From positions 1,590,001 to 1,622,000 of the forward strand of contig NC_000964.3 of the NCBI RefSeq assembly GCF_000009045.1: DNA of 32,000 bases. The letters are read 5' to 3'. Shown here one piece after another: positions 29,023 through 32,000 of the stretch; the first letter of the stretch is position 1; every line of letters begins with the position of its first letter. The notes under the pieces are model-generated. The model was given only the letters and a program-made list of their open reading frames with translations. It was not told the DNA's origin and did not search any database. The DNA is from Bacillus subtilis subsp. subtilis str. 168 (GTDB taxonomy: Bacteria > Bacillota > Bacilli > Bacillales > Bacillaceae). Both the position numbers and the translations under genes were made by a program.

Positions 29023-30330
29023 ATGAGTAAGAAAAAAGTAAATTTAGGGGTCAGGGATGTCCCGACACCTTTCTCTTGGGTTTCATTCAGCCTTCAGCAT
29101 TTGTTTGCCATGTTTGGCTCAACCATTTTGGTTCCGAAGCTCGTCGGAATGAGTCCTGCTGTGGCGTTGGTGACAAGCGGCATCGGAACACTGGCGTACC
29201 TTCTTATTACCAAAGGACAAATTCCGGCGTATCTCGGTTCATCCTTCGCCTTTATTTCTCCGATCATTCTGGTAAAAGCGACCGGCGGGCCGGGAGCGGC
29301 AATGGTTGGAGCGTTTCTTGCAGGGCTGGTGTACGGGCTGATTGCCTTATTGATTAGGCAGCTTGGAACAGGATGGCTGATGAAGATTCTCCCGCCTGTA
29401 GTCGTAGGGCCTGTTATTATCGTCATCGGGCTGGGACTGGCAAGCACTGCAGTAAACATGGCGATGTATGCTGATCCGAACGCGAGTGAGTTGGTCTACA
29501 GCTTAAAGCACTTTAGTGTCGCAGGAGTTACGCTGGCAATTACGATTATTTGTGCGATTTTCTTACGAGGGTTTTTAAGCCTGATTCCGGTTCTGATCGG
29601 AATCATCGGCGGATACCTGTTTGCCCTTACTCAAGGGATTGTCAACTTCCAGCCGGTGCTTGACGCGAAATGGTTTGCAGTGCCTGAATTTATCATTCCG
29701 TTCAAAGATTATTCACCGTCAGTTACGCTCGGCATCGCAGCCGCAATGGTTCCTGTCGCATTTGTCACAATGTCAGAGCATATCGGCCACCAAATGGTGC
29801 TGAGCAAGGTTGTCGGACAAGACTTCATTAAAAAGCCAGGTCTTCATCGCTCTATTATGGGTGACAGTGTGGCGACAATCCTCGCTTCCCTGATCGGCGG
29901 CCCTCCGACAACGACTTACGGAGAAAACATTGGCGTGCTGGCCATCACAAGAGTATTCAGCGTCTTTGTCATCGGGGGCGCGGCAGTGATTGCCCTTTGC
30001 TTCGGCTTTATCGGCAAAATTTCAGCGCTGATCAGTTCAGTGCCGTCAGCGGTCATGGGAGGCGTCTCCTTCCTGCTGTTCGGAATCATTGCTTCAAGCG
30101 GCCTGAGAATGCTGATTGACAACAAAATTGATTATGAAAACAACAGAAACCTCATTATTACATCAGTTATCCTTGTCATCGGTGTAGGAGGCGCTTTTAT
30201 CCAAGTGTCTCAGGGCGGATTCCAAGTGTCAGGAATGGCGCTTGCCGCAATTGTCGGTGTCATCTTAAACCTGATTCTTCCGCAGGCGAAGGAAGAGCAG
30301 GCAGACACATCTGAACAACATCATATTTAA
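29023..30330 (+). CDS. pyrP: Uracil permease (NCS2 family)
   Basis: NCS2 transporter features ('LQHLFAMFGSTILVPKLVG', 'GGPPTTTYGENIGVLAIT'). ATG 29023 gives ~435 aa; the track start 28882 lies inside the attenuator. Confidence 0.96.
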   Translation: MSKKKVNLGVRDVPTPFSWVSFSLQHLFAMFGSTILVPKLVGMSPAVALVTSGIGTLAYLLITKGQIPAYLGSSFAFISPIILVKATGGPGAAMVGAFLAGLVYGLIALLIRQLGTGWLMKILPPVVVGPVIIVIGLGLASTAVNMAMYADPNASELVYSLKHFSVAGVTLAITIICAIFLRGFLSLIPVLIGIIGGYLFALTQGIVNFQPVLDAKWFAVPEFIIPFKDYSPSVTLGIAAAMVPVAFVTMSEHIGHQMVLSKVVGQDFIKKPGLHRSIMGDSVATILASLIGGPPTTTYGENIGVLAITRVFSVFVIGGAAVIALCFGFIGKISALISSVPSAVMGGVSFLLFGIIASSGLRMLIDNKIDYENNRNLIITSVILVIGVGGAFIQVSQGGFQVSGMALAAIVGVILNLILPQAKEEQADTSEQHHI

Positions 30331-30344
30331 AACCTTTTAATGAA

Positions 30345-30442
30345 AGTCCAGAGAGGCTTGGAAGGGTTATGAAGAGAAGGAAGCTTCAATGCTGCCCTCT
30401 ATTTAACCATACCCCGAGTCTATCTTAGACCGGGGTTTTTTT
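30345..30442 (+). ncRNA. PyrR-binding attenuator 3 (pyrP-pyrB)
   Basis: Loop AGTCCAGAGAGGCT (30345-30358). Terminator ACCCCG-A-GTCTA ... TAGAC-CGGGGT (30411-30436) plus T-tract. Confidence 0.95.
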
Positions 30443-30457
30443 TCAGCCTTAAGTTGA

Positions 30458-32000
<1,543 letters not shown>

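Overview
This window is ordinary core genome from a Bacillus subtilis-group bacterium. It runs from the 3' end of murD through the division and cell-wall (dcw) cluster into the pyr operon. Gene order on the + strand is murD(3') - spoVE - murG - murB - divIB - ylxW - ylxX - sbp - ftsA - ftsZ - bpr - spoIIGA - sigE - sigG - ylmA - ylmB - ylmC - ylmD - ylmE - sepF - ylmG - ylmH - divIVA - ileS - ylyA - lspA - ylyB - pyrR - pyrP - pyrB - pyrC(5'). Every substantial gene is on the + strand. I see no phage, transposon, CRISPR array, toxin-antitoxin or defence module, and no evidence of an undescribed multi-gene system. The most informative non-coding content is: a TPP riboswitch before ylmB, a T-box leader before ileS, three PyrR-type pyr attenuators with apparent covariation, the 22-bp-spacer spoIIG promoter with Spo0A-box-like sequences, a sigG leader whose hairpin overlaps the ribosome-binding site, and a sigma-H-like promoter before ftsA. 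Modest leads for follow-up are perfect Spo0A-box heptamers in three intergenic regions (one inside the ileS promoter spacer), an unlisted 24-codon ORF overlapping the ylyA start, a hairpin pair between spoVE and murG, and the tandem DUF881 pair ylxW/ylxX. Identifications rest on recalled protein families and gene order. No database search was run.
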